A stretch of DNA of 64,000 bases from Bugula neritina (Eukaryota > Animalia > Bryozoa), in contig OZ037767.1 of assembly GCA_964035545.1 (NCBI GenBank), forward strand, positions 17,047,781 to 17,111,780. The letters are read 5' to 3'. This document shows, piece after piece, positions 13,215-24,703 of this stretch. How positions within the stretch are numbered: position 1 is the stretch's first letter; each line of letters starts with the position of its first letter. The position numbers and the translations under genes are program-made. The notes under the pieces were generated by a model. That model ran no database searches. It was not told where the DNA came from and worked only from the letters and a program-made list of their open reading frames with translations.

Positions 13215-15952
13215 GTTGATGACAGAATCCCTTGACTGTCCTACCCCGACATACCGCACTAAAATAAACATTACATTACAAATACATGATACATGCATAT
13301 ATACAGATAATCATGTATTAGCAACAGCCATATATAGAGGCAAACTCACCTGGTATATTCAGTTGTGACTGTATGATTTCCACATACTTCCTGGCATTGT
13401 CTGGCAGGTGCTCAAACTGTCGCACACCTGTGATGTCAGAGCACCAGCCTTCGAGTGTCACATACTCCACTTCTATCAGTTGCATTTCCTCATCACTAGC
13501 TATAAGTTACATCATATAATACAATATACACACCAAGTTATCAAATATCACTATACCGGAAATAATCAACACTTCATAATTCATATTCAACACATAGTAG
13601 TATCAACACTTCATATTCAACACATAGTAATATTCAACACAAGAACACAGACAATATTTACCAGGGAAGTAGTTGATAGGTTTTCCATCCTTCAGATATC
13701 TCGTACAGATTTTCACTTCTTTGAATGTATCCAGTATGTCTAGTTTAGTTATGGCCAGTCTACAGGTACAGAGAGAAGACAACTCAAGGACAGACAACAC
13801 TGCAGTGAATATTCCATAGACCTCTACACTAAAACGTGGTGCTAATAGAGAGAGTCTTACGCTGAGTAGCCGTTTATCATGGCCGTGTGTTTGACTACCG
13901 CCAAGTCCAGCCAACCACAGCGTCTCCTTCGCCCAGTCGTAACTCCGAACTCCTTGCCTATTTCCTGTAGCTTCTCCCCGACTTCCTGCAACACAAGATA
14001 AACAGGCTACTAGCTGTGAGAGTACACAGACTATAAGCTGTTAGAGTACTAGGATCATTTTACTTAATTTAGTACACACTGGATATCTACAGTTTTTGGC
14101 TATTTTTCACGATTTAACTGGTAATGAACATGGTTTTTTGGCAAAAACCAGTAAAACATCAATAAATACACCCAAATAATCAAATTTCTTTTTAATTTTG
14201 CTTCATTTCCCATATTTTTCCTTAATTATTCAGCTAGTTTTGGTTACGGACCGTTACGGTTTTTTCGTAACGTCCGCACATATAGAATATTAAGTGCATA
14301 TGACAATGACCTGTGCTTCAATGTTGGGGAATCCCCTCCCAGCCTTTTCTGTTATGCCTAGTTAAAACCAGCACATAAAAATACCATGTATAGTAAATTT
14401 CAATTACTTTTGAGCAAACTTTAATGTTAGGTCATAAGTTGCTGGTGTGTACTAAATGAAGTAAACTGGCTCAGACTTACACAGGCTACAAACTGTTAGG
14501 GTACACAGGCTACTAGCTGTTAGGGTACACAGGCTACTAGCTGTTAGGGTACACAGGCTACTATGTAGATGTAGAACACATAGACTAAGTTTCAGTGACT
14601 TACATTGAGCTGCTCGGTGGGAAGCACACCCGTACCGACCCGCGTAGTGTAGGCCTTCACCACTCCTATCACGTCTCCCACAGCCCTGCAGGGGATACCC
14701 AGACCAGTGCAGACTCCGCCAATAGAACAGTTGGAGGAAGTGACGTATGGGTATGTACCTGAGTTAGTAGTATAAGCATATGCTAATGAGTAGTATAAGC
14801 ATATGCTAATGAGTAGTATAAGCATATGCTAATGAGTAGTATAAGCATATGCTAATGAGTAGTATAAGCATATGTTAATGAGTAGTATAAGCATATGCTA
14901 ATGAGTAGTATAAGCATATGTTAATGAGTAGTATAAGCATATGCTAATGAGTAGTATAAGCATATGCTAATGAGTAGTATAAGCATATGCTAATGAGCAG
15001 TATAAGCATATGCTAATGAGTAGTATAAGCATATGCTAATTACTATAGCAATACTGATAGAATTCCCATCTGTAGATGAAGCAGACGTACCAAAGTCTAT
15101 ATCCAACATGGTGGCGTTGGCTCCTTCTACAAGGATATGTTTACCAGAAGACAGGCTGGTGTTGAGGAGAGGAATTGTGTCTGTAACCAGAGGTCTAATC
15201 CACTCTCGGTACTCCTGTAGAGTATGTAGAGTGTACAGAGCAGAGTATACAGAGTAGAGTGTACAGAGTATACAGAGTAGAGTATACAGAGTAGAGCATA
15301 CAGAGTATACAGAGTAGAGTATACAGAGTATACAGAGTAGAGTATACAGAGTATACAGAGTATACAGAGTATACAGAGTATACAGAGTACACAGAGTATA
15401 CAGAGTAGAGTATACAGAGTAGAGTATACAGAGTAGAGTACACAGAGTATACAGAGTAGAGTATACAGAGTAGAGTATAGAGAGTATACAGAGTAGAGTA
15501 TAGTAGAGTATAGTAGAGTATAGTAGAGTATACAGAGTATACAGAGTGTACAGAGTATGCAGAGTGTACAGAGTAGAGTATGCAGAGTATACAGAGTATA
15601 CAGAGTAGACTGTAGAGTGTGCAGAGTGTGCAGAGTGTGCAGAGTGTGCAGAGTGTACAGAGTGTACAGAGTGTACAGAGTGTGCAGAGTGTGCAGAGTG
15701 TGCAGAGTGTGCAGAGTATACAGAGTATACAGAGTATACAGAGTATACAGAGTATACAGAGTATACAGAGTATACAGAGTAGAGTATACAGAGTAGAGTA
15801 TACAGAGTAGAGTATACAGAGTAGAGTATACAGAGTAGAGTATACAGAGTAGAGTATACAGAGTAGAGTATACAGAGTAGAGTATACAGAGTAGAGTATA
15901 CAGAGTAGAGTATACAGAGTAGAGTATACAGAGTAGAGTATACAGAGTAGAG

Positions 15953-16050
<98 letters not shown>

Positions 16051-19000
16051 AAGTACCCCTAACAAAGTCTTCAATTCTGACTCCAACTGGAAATCCGTAT
16101 CTGGATAGAGTCTCTGATAATGAGAGCCGAGACTCATAAACCTATAAACATAATATTCTATAGAATAGTACAATATAATACAGTATAAATATAGCACAAT
16201 ATGGTATAACATAGTATATAGATTGAGGACGGGATTTGGAGTTACCTCTCCGAGAACTTAGCTGGGTCACCCAACAGATCACAGACCCTTAGCCCACGTC
16301 GTCCCGTCTTACTTGAGTAAGTTGGACCAATACCTTTCTTTGTGGTTCCCAGACTACAAGAACATGAACTATGAATATATACCTGCATTATGTGAGGATG
16401 TTGCACCAGCATATAGTCTAGACTCTAGAAGTAACCTCCCAAAAAGTGCTCAAAAAATTGGCTTATTACACTTTACTAGGTGGCCACTCAAAAAAAATTG
16501 TTTCTATATCAGAATTTTGTGCTGATTCTGGATCTACAAACTCTAGAATTCTATCTCTACCCAAACTCAAGTTATTGCAAAAAACAAATCGACATCTTGG
16601 ATGGGTGATAAAAAGAAATGTGGATTGTGCAAAATAGTATCCAATTTTATCAAGCTATCTTGAAGAAAAAATATTTGCTGAAATACCAAAAATAATTGCC
16701 TCTTACTTAGAATTCTATGCTGATACTGAATTTAAAGACTGCAAGACGCTATCTCAAATTAAAACCAAGTTGTTTATATAAACATATATGTTTGTTATGA
16801 ATCGCCATATTGCATGCGGCATAAGCATGCAGAATAATTGTATGACCAAGCTATTTATACAAAAATAAAAACAAAGTCATGCTGATGTGTGAAAAAACTA
16901 TATTTATAAAATTGTAGCACAAAATAAATGTTGAAATGAATAAATATTGAAATCTTTTAAGCACAACCCAAGTTAATCATTTGCTAGTCTAGCTGTCAGT
17001 AGCCGTTAGATATCTGCAAAAATCAACAAGATTCTGTAAAATTATTTAGAGGAACAGAAGCATGAGAGATGATCAAAATCAAATTAGTTAGAGCAAAATA
17101 TATAACAAATGTCTAAAAATAGTGCTTAATTATGAAAACCTATTCTCGCGATCACTGTCACTGCCGTCAGTCTCATCAGCTTCTTCCCCAATATAGAGCT
17201 TCTTTTCAGACAATCCTTACATTGACAAACATCAGTGCATGCACTGCATTTGAGACTCCTGACATCCACATTTTGATATGTTGCAACCGGTCTTACAGGA
17301 GCAGTTTAAACTTTGCAATATACATGTTCATGTGCGGAAGCTTGAATCATCTACTTTATATTTATGCTGCCATGATTCTCAACAATCCTTCCATGATGTT
17401 CTGGGGGTGGTGCACCAATATAAGCTGTTGTCACCCTTCTCCAAATGGCTGCCTGATAATTTGCTTGTTTTACGTGCAAATTTAATTCATCTTTTGTTGG
17501 AGGCAAGCTGTATTAAGTTATTTTAGACGGTGAACAAAATATAGTGTATCGGACATTATCTATATTTGAATTTCCTGCTCCATAAAGTTTATAGACAAAT
17601 TGTTCTACTTCAGCCGCTGTAATAGCTTACAGCTTAAAATACTTCCCAAGGTGTTCAAAGCTTCCCATACACTATGGATATTTTTTCAAAAGAGAGTGGG
17701 CTGTGCGCTATCCTTTTCCATAAAAAGCACTATAGTCGAATAACTTATACCTGTTAAAGCATGAAATCTAGTAAGTGTTGCACACAACTGCGGTCTGGAT
17801 TTATTTGCTGCAATATTGGCATCCAAATATCTAATATGATTATGGTTTCCTCCCAGATAGGTTTCTTTTTTATTTTGTTACCATATATATTAATATTACC
17901 TATATAACTGTTGATTTGATTGCTAAATAGCTAATATGCTAATAGCTATAGTAGCTAACATGAATTATCTAGAATAATATTCTATTATTATTACGAATTT
18001 GTGTGGGACAAAAAGTAGTAATACATTAATAATAGACACTTTCTTTAATGAATACTTATTAACAAAATATCTTTTCAAACAATAGGCAAGATGTATAAAA
18101 TATAAAAATTAATAAGTTAATGCAAATCAAAGGAATTTATTTACGTGCTAAATAACAAGCAATTGATCCAAGTTTAATAAATATACATATATTTCAATAA
18201 TATTAAAATAAGTTGCACGTGAAAATACATTTTACCAAAATAAATAATAGCGTCGAAGTAGGAAACTTAGCCTAGCCTCTATCTGACATGACATCATGAT
18301 TACCACACCGTGAAAAAATATAATTGGTAGGAAGGTAATGTTTTGCAAATAGCGAGACTTAAGGTGAAAACATCAACGTGTCTTGAGATTTGATTATTAC
18401 ACGTGAGATTACGATGTTCATAAGATATTTTGCACGTAACAAAGTTTGTGTATCTGCTTCCTCGTGATCTAATTGTAAACATTTGAGTTCTGCTTTCTTA
18501 AGAATTTCACCATGTTTGAAAAATTCTAGTTGAATGCAATTTTTTTTGGTATGCAACAACTATAATAATAATAATATTGTTCTCTAAAATATGTTTACTC
18601 CATGTTTCACACAAAAATGCACCAGTCTCAAACTCAGCTTGTTTTATTTGCTGATAAGAAATTATTATTTTAGTGACAAATGGCACACATGAAAAAAGTA
18701 CATGCCTATGGTCTTTGAATAAAGCAGCTCAAGGTCAATTTTCTAATGGGTGGCCTAAATATAATCACATATATTTTAAATTATAGGGAAGCTTTAGGGT
18801 ATTTCTTCTGTAACTATAAGTGAGCTAAATTGACTCTATAGAGTCATTATATCAAGATAGTATAAAAATATGCATTTTAACCAATAACATTGTTTTAAAA
18901 ACCAAATTGCTTATTTATATATAGTTCAGCTTAAATTTATTGGCAAAGCTCAATCATACACATTTAAAATATTATTTTCCGGAGTCCAGACCAATCTACC

Positions 19001-22000
19001 CATGCTTTTCATTACCATTTTGTAAAAATAGTTATTATGATTAAAATCGTGAAGAAAATCATTATCAGACACATATTTACTTATAATTCGGTTTTTTTAT
19101 AGCTGATCAATAATAATGTTTGCCTTATAACTAGAAAACCCATTCCTTTGCTTGTTTTCGTCCATATAGCCCACTTTTTTTCAGATATTTTCACAAGGAA
19201 ATCACTAGAATTAAACTCAGAGAAGTAAAAAATACATCTATGATTATCTGCAAAAGTTTTTGCTTGTATATATAATAAACTAGCTTCAATAATTCCAAGA
19301 TAATATTTAATGGATTTGGACAAAGTTGTGGGGAAACAACTCCTGTAAAATTTTAAAGAGCTTTTGTGACTAAGTAGGTGGACAGAAAAATTTAGAGTTT
19401 TTATAACAGAAATGTGAAAAGAGTATCTATAATTATCAGCAAAATTATTTTGCTTATATAAAATAAATTAGCTTGAATAATTCCAAGATATTTGGCTGAT
19501 TCACAAAAACGTTAAGAGAAGACAACTCCTAATTCAATTTAAAAGTTTGAAGCGCTTTTGTGGCTAACTGGGTGCACAGAACAGTCTAGAGTTTTCACAG
19601 ATTAATTAGAACCCTTCAAACTCTCTATTTCTAAAAAAATTGTGTGGCCACCCCTCGGAGTGTAATGAGTGAAAGATAATTGGAAGTTACTTCTAGACTA
19701 ATATATTATATAGTTGTGAGAGTATATAATATAGTAGAGTATATAATATAGTAGAGTATATAATATAGTAGAGTATATAATATAGTAGAGTATATAACAT
19801 AGTAGAGTATATAATATAGTAGAGTATATAATATAGTAGAGTATATAATATAGTAGAGTATATAATATAGTATAGTATATAATATAGTAGAGTATATAAT
19901 ATAGTAGAGTATATAATATAGTATAGTATATAATATAGTAGAGTATATAATATAGTAGAGTATATAATATAGTAGAGTATATAACATAGTAGAGTATATA
20001 ATATAGTAGAGTATATAATATAGTAGAGTATATAATATAGTAGAGTATATAATATAGTAGAGTATATAATATAGTAGAGTATATAATATAGTATAGTATA
20101 TAATATAGTAGAGTATATAATATAGTAGAGTATATAATATAGTATAGTATATAATATAGTAGAGTATATAATATAGTAGAGTATATAATATAGTAGAGTA
20201 TATAACATAGTAGAGTATATAATATAGTAGAGTATATAATATAGTAGAGTATATAATATAGTAGAGTATATAATATAGTAGAGTATATAATATAGTAGAG
20301 TATATAATATAATAGAGTATATAATATAGTAGAGTATATAGTATAGTATATAATATAGTAGAGTATATAATATAGTAGAGTATATAACATAGTAGAGTAT
20401 ATAATATAATAGAGTATATAATATAGTAGAGTATATAATATAGTAGAGTATACAATATAGTAGAGTATATAATATAGTAGAGTATATAATATAGTAGAGT
20501 ATATAATATAGTAGAGTATATAATATAGTAGAGTATATAATATAGTATAGTATATAATATAGTAGAGTATATAATATAGTCGAGTATATAATATAGTAGA
20601 GTATATAATATAGTAGAGTATATAACATAGTAGAGTATATAATATAGTAGAGTATATAATATAGTAGAGTATATAATATAGTAGAGTATATAATATAGTA
20701 GAGTATATAATATAGTAGAGTATATAGTATAGTAGAGTATATAATATAGTAGAGTATATAATATAGTAGAGTATATAATATAGTAGAGTATATAGTATAG
20801 TAGAGTATATAATATAGTAGAGTATATAATATAGTAGAGTATATAGTATAGTAGAGTATATAACATAGTAGAGTATATAATATAGTAGAGTATATAATAT
20901 AGTAGAGTATATAATATAGTAGAGTATATAATATAGTAGAGTATATAGTATAGTAGAGTATATAATATAGTAGAGTATATAATATAGTAGAGTATATAAT
21001 ATAGTATAATATATAATATAATATAGTGAAAATGAAACTAACTTCTTGGATCCTCTGTGACTCTCTTCCATCCCATCAGCCGTCTGATGGAAGTTGAACA
21101 CTGCAAGTTAATCAATATATCATCTGTCACAGATTCTATTTTATAAATTATCATTATTATACTATATATATGTAATATATATCATAATCTCTTGTATTTA
21201 GCCTACATTATAACACTTACAACTATGGCATGCAATTCTATGGCAATCTATTATTGCAATACTTGTTTACATGTTTAGTCAATGTTTATTGTACTATATT
21301 GTACTATATTGTCAGTTCCACATGATTCATGCACATGGTGCAATACAATGAAGGTTTCTGGACTATGTATCAAGTTAATATAGAAGCAGATGCTTATTGG
21401 TAAACTACAGTTCAACAATATAAACCACACAGCTCAAGAAAAACCATCATAATATGACATCTCATCTCTAATTCTGGCAGAGAAAGATACCAGATATTTC
21501 TAAACCAACCTTCACACTGCACATCAACTTTGTGACAATAATAAACTGTATAATATATAGTATATACTATATAGTATACACTATATAGTATACAGCATAT
21601 AATGTATACACTGTATATTTACCAGACAACAACACATTGTACCCAGAAGTTTCACCACAGGTTAGTTGAGTAAGGAGGTGAGATGTACATGTATACAGAG
21701 TAGGAAAGAGAAAGTAGGATTTAATTTAGCTAACAATTATTACATTCTTCTATTCACAAAGCAAGTTCCACTTATTATAAATACATTCTAATTGTTCCAA
21801 TTCTAAAGGCAATTGGGGGATAAAATCTTATGGGGGTGAATTTTAGGTCAGTACACAAGATTATAAGTCATATGTGATGTAATAATTAGACTTGTACTGT
21901 TGTACAGCTTTACACAGACAAAGAGCCAAGTTAATAGGTGCACTCAGACTTCATACTTTGTATGAATAACTAGAAGGATTAGGGCTCGTTATAACAATTG

Positions 22001-23216
22001 AAGAATTCGGCAATTCTTGCAACCATTGAACGACATACAAAAGCCATTAATTATTACATCAGTGCATGAGTTGCAGGTCACGTGATAATCAGTATATAGT
22101 ATACTGATAGAAGTAGTACTGTATACTAACAGAAGTAATACTGCATAGGTCAATATGGCTGCATCTGTTGACATTCCACAACTATGAATCAAATATGTTT
22201 GGCCAAAATAAAGAAATTAAACTATGAAATGTATTCTATCACCAGAAAAACTAGGTTATCTAAAAGCATGGCATTACTGCGGTACATACCACATACAGGT
22301 ATGTTATTATTGTGGTACATACCATCATATAAAGGAACGGTATTATTGACGTACATACCGAGATGTGCTCTGTCAGATATCACTAGCCGCTTCCGCCAGC
22401 TTACTAGCCCTTTCTCTTCAATGCCCCGTATCTCTTGAAAGAGTCCCGGCAAGTGTATGACGACTCCGTTACCGAGAACAGACAGACAGTTGTCATTGAT
22501 GATTCCGCTGGGAAGGAGATGAAAGAAGTAACTCACTCCATTGACCACTACAGTATGTCCGGCATTGTTTCCCCCCTGCAGTAACATGGTTAGGTTATAT
22601 GGATGACACGCAGATATTCAGTAATCAATACTCATCAGACTTAGTTATACCTTACATTAATTTCAGTTAACCAATTTCGCTAGTTACGGTTACTATCAAG
22701 TTTAACTATTAAGAATAAGTAACTCTACCTGAAACTACTATGCAGATTAGTATTACTACCAGTAGAAGTACTAGTCCACCAATATCAGTAATTATAAAGC
22801 AAATAATAAATAATTATCATACTAATAGTAATACTAATACTTTGGCATTCACATCAGCATTCAGTTTCACATATTGAAAAAAAGTTCAAGCTAAAGTTAG
22901 AACATTTTAATATTATTATAATAAAAATTGTTATTTTGTAATAATATTAATAATTATAATATACCTGATATCATTATGACTATCAGTCAGTGTGACCGAG
23001 ACTCGGACTGAATGTCACAACTCACATGTCCAACTCAGTGAGCAAGTCTTTAAACAATTATAATTAGAATTACAAACTCGGTAATGGTATAACGTTTACC
23101 TGGCATCGACAAACAATATCTTGATTAGATGCAATAAGATCCACTATCTTTCCCTTTCCTTCATCTCCCCATTGAGCACCAAGAACAACGGATACTTGAT
23201 TACTTTGAGAACTCAT
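13203..23216 (-). CDS. ADSS: Adenylosuccinate synthetase (~430 aa, 11 exons)
   Basis: Exons 23216-23100, 22575-22359, 21100-21043, 16353-16246, 16141-16057, 15214-15091, 14758-14604, 13985-13861, 13759-13662, 13499-13350, 13258-13203 (1293 nt, in frame). Motifs: [83 protein letters not shown]. Confidence 0.97.
14070..14454. mobile_element. ~385-bp MITE-like insertion with TAG..CTA termini in ADSS intron 7
   Basis: Inverted termini (att)tagtacacac / gtgtgtacta(aat). It separates two parts of a 24-bp repeat (acacaggctactagctgttagggt) seen at ~14000-14050 and ~14480-14560. TSD ambiguous. Confidence 0.6.
14764..15040. repeat. 23-bp minisatellite (gagtagtataagcatatgctaat) abutting an ADSS acceptor
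   Basis: About 12 copies; most units hold the palindrome agcatatgct. Confidence 0.92.
15217..16045. repeat. Compound 9/14-bp satellite (agagtatac / agagtagagtatac) plus (TA)n
   Basis: Fills nearly all of ADSS intron 5; a ~90-nt TA tract at 15954-16044. Confidence 0.95.
16414..19700 (-). mobile_element. Decayed, internally deleted Academ-type (XPG-encoding, AcademX-like) DNA transposon in ADSS intron 3
   Basis: Termini TAGTCTAGA(ctctaga)AGTAACCTCC / revcomp TAGTCTAGAAGTAACTTCC; inner TIR block attacact..ggtggccac; 3-bp TSD ATA (16411-16413, 19701-19703); ~190-bp imperfect subterminal direct repeats at 19240-19600; coding remnants described in the next feature. Confidence 0.8.
17190..18520 (-). 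pseudogene. Frameshifted XPG/FEN1-like nuclease and Cys8 zinc-finger remnant of an Academ transposon protein
   Basis: Minus-strand translation gives [17 protein letters not shown] (~18465-18367), FHALTG / SAFYGKG* (~17765-17710), [29 protein letters not shown], then CSCKTGC..KCGC..C / [10 protein letters not shown] (~17305-17210), with stops and frameshifts. Confidence 0.8.
19718..21026. repeat. 17-bp satellite (agtagagtatataatat), ~1.3 kb
   Basis: About 77 near-identical copies between the Academ end and the donor of the 58-nt ADSS exon 3. Confidence 0.97.
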
Positions 23217-24703
23217 GTCTGGTCTCTACGTTTCGGCTTAGCCTTGTACAGTTATACTTATTTGTTCAGTCAACAAATTGATAACTAGGAAAAACGTGGT
23301 TTAAATATAACAAAATATAAAATGAAACCAATGCGATATGACTGTCAAAGCCTTGTTTAAAAATTAAACCTATAAATACAAAACTTTGCCAATTATAAAG
23401 TTGATGACCAGATCTAGGCGTGATGCCAAAAGTTGCCGACCGCCAGCTCTGTTGTTAGACTAGCTTGTCTGAGACAAAGGGTTAAAGGGCATATATCCAA
23501 CTGCTCCGAGATCATATGACACCCACAACCACAAGCTAGACTAGTGAATTGAAACAATAGATTAAGCGAGTCAAACACATTTCGTTTTTTTTAAAAATAT
23601 AACACAAATTCCTAGAAGAAAATGCTTTGTGACTACGCGGAGACCTATTGAATATCTTACGAGTGTCAGCTCTGAAAAAAGGTTCTTAGACAACTACTCC
23701 CACTTCCGTAATGAGAGGAACTGCACAACAAAATGAGAATGAAAACCTAACTTTCAAGATGAAAATACAATTTACATTTCAGTATTTGCTTACTTTATGC
23801 TTATGATCGTGGATAACAGTTTTTATGTTATAAAAATTATAAATATATTTACTTTTATAGTTGATAAAAATTACTATAATTATACTAATAGTAATTGTTT
23901 TCATTTTAAAGTGAAGCTATTGCCATTGGCGTTGCATTTGTTACACTTACTCAGTTACTGGTAGTGGTATTACTATTAGTATTACATTTGCCCTTGGTAT
24001 TACATTTACTAGTAGTAGTAGTAGTACTAACTAACTAAGTATTACTATTAGTATTAATATTATGATGATAATCGTCGTGAAATGGAATAAGTATAACCGT
24101 TTAGCCTTTAGGTTTAACAGCTTGCAATTAATATTATCATTTTGATTATCATTTCTTCACATGGAATATCATTATCATAATCATAAGGATTATGAATAAC
24201 TTTTTGTGATAATAAAATAGAATATCAATATGAATGTGATACAACTATCAGTATTACTAGTACTGCTATAATATATAAGTATAAGATTAAGTATGTTACA
24301 CTCATGTTTAGTATGAGTATCAACATGTTAATGTTGTAGTTTCTATTTTATTGTTGAACTTAATCCTAAGCTAGCAGTACCATAAACGTGAAAGTTGAGG
24401 AAGCTGACTATTCAATTTTACCCGGACTTCACTGTAGTTAGTTTTAGTTGTTAGTACTAATAGTAATAGATAAAAGCAATAAATAATAGACTAATATTAA
24501 TTTTGTTTGAAGAATATTTTAGTAGGTCATGTATTAGTGTAGGTTAATGAAGTTAAAAATAAACTACTACTACTAAAAGGTTTAATGAATTTATTACTTG
24601 CTACAGACTAAGTGAACTGTGCTGCAAAGGTATAGAAGTCATGTCAATAAGCACTAGCCATTGTTGATCGACATAGTTTTGACTCTGGTGCTAGAAACCA
24701 ATC
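23217..24703. promoter_or_regulatory. Putative bidirectional promoter region shared by ADSS and PPP1R21
   Basis: Divergent ATGs ~1.5 kb apart, with a relatively CpG-containing core (~23400-23730) flanked by very AT-rich DNA. TSSs not determinable. Confidence 0.6.

Noticed and set aside
12806-13235. Repetitive ORFs (DADTFQQVL / CQHLAPAGM / SASSTCWNV)
   Set aside because: Products of the 27-bp 3' UTR array; no independent gene evidence.
19693-21101. 311-467-aa Tyr/Ile/Leu-rich ORFs
   Set aside because: Translations of the 17-bp intronic satellite; only 21100-21043 is a real ADSS exon.
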